This document shows positions 63,926 to 64,000 of a stretch of 64,000 bases of DNA, piece after piece. The notes under the pieces are model-generated. The model searched no databases, was not told the DNA's origin, and worked only from the letters and a program-made list of their open reading frames with translations. The stretch lies in NCBI RefSeq assembly GCF_964355755.1, contig NC_092670.1, positions 29,314,388-29,378,387 on the forward strand. The letters are read 5' to 3'. This DNA comes from Antedon mediterranea (taxonomy: Eukaryota > Animalia > Echinodermata). How positions within the stretch are numbered: the first letter of the stretch is position 1; every line of letters begins with the position of its first letter. Both the position numbers and the translations under genes were made by a program.

Positions 63926-64000
63926 CCAGTTTCCATCATATCATTGTTGGATAAATTCAAGGAGACTTATAACATTTACTGCTGTTTTTATAAATACATC

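Larger units (their letters stand above)
58870..63974 (+). mobile_element. Ty3/Gypsy LTR retrotransposon, internally deleted and interrupted by a LINE
   Basis: gag start MANLNQPEPL (59143) joined to RNase H LQVDAS...YANIERELLA, PPRLQR, YKPGKEMVLADAMSR; integrase HxxHxG...CPSC, AADLF, ITDNGPHF; resumes at 62782 IERMVQTVK, then PRSYRV...LRRNRTHI; PPT aaagaaaaggga followed by TGTTATA at 63358; possible LTR end TATAACA at 63974; no 5' LTR recognised. Confidence 0.88.

Overview
AT-rich eukaryotic (invertebrate animal) genomic DNA, not prokaryotic; a marine invertebrate such as an echinoderm is my guess, not something the sequence proves. The main feature is one long + strand, intron-rich gene of the SRCIN1/p140Cap-KIAA1217 (AIP3/Bud6 domain) family. 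I reconstructed 18 phase-compatible GT-AG coding exons from 5308 to 42009 (4530 nt, 1509 aa + stop; the first exon is uncertain). Its introns and the downstream 20 kb contain many mobile elements: Harbinger- and Kolobok-like MITEs, a nested hAT/MULE/Ginger-like cluster, a decayed L2/CR1 LINE, Rex1 and RTE-X fragments, a 5'-truncated L1/Tx1 with a 14-bp TSD, a probable non-autonomous Helitron, and a Gypsy element whose integrase is fused in frame to a young CR1/L2-type LINE RT. Less obvious items are two copies of a short repeat carrying a minimal hammerhead ribozyme (Penelope/retrozyme type), a tRNA-like Pol III unit, a rhodopsin-class GPCR pseudo-exon, and a decayed Ig-like/TM/ITIM-like receptor. 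All alignments and translations were done by eye; no database searches were run.
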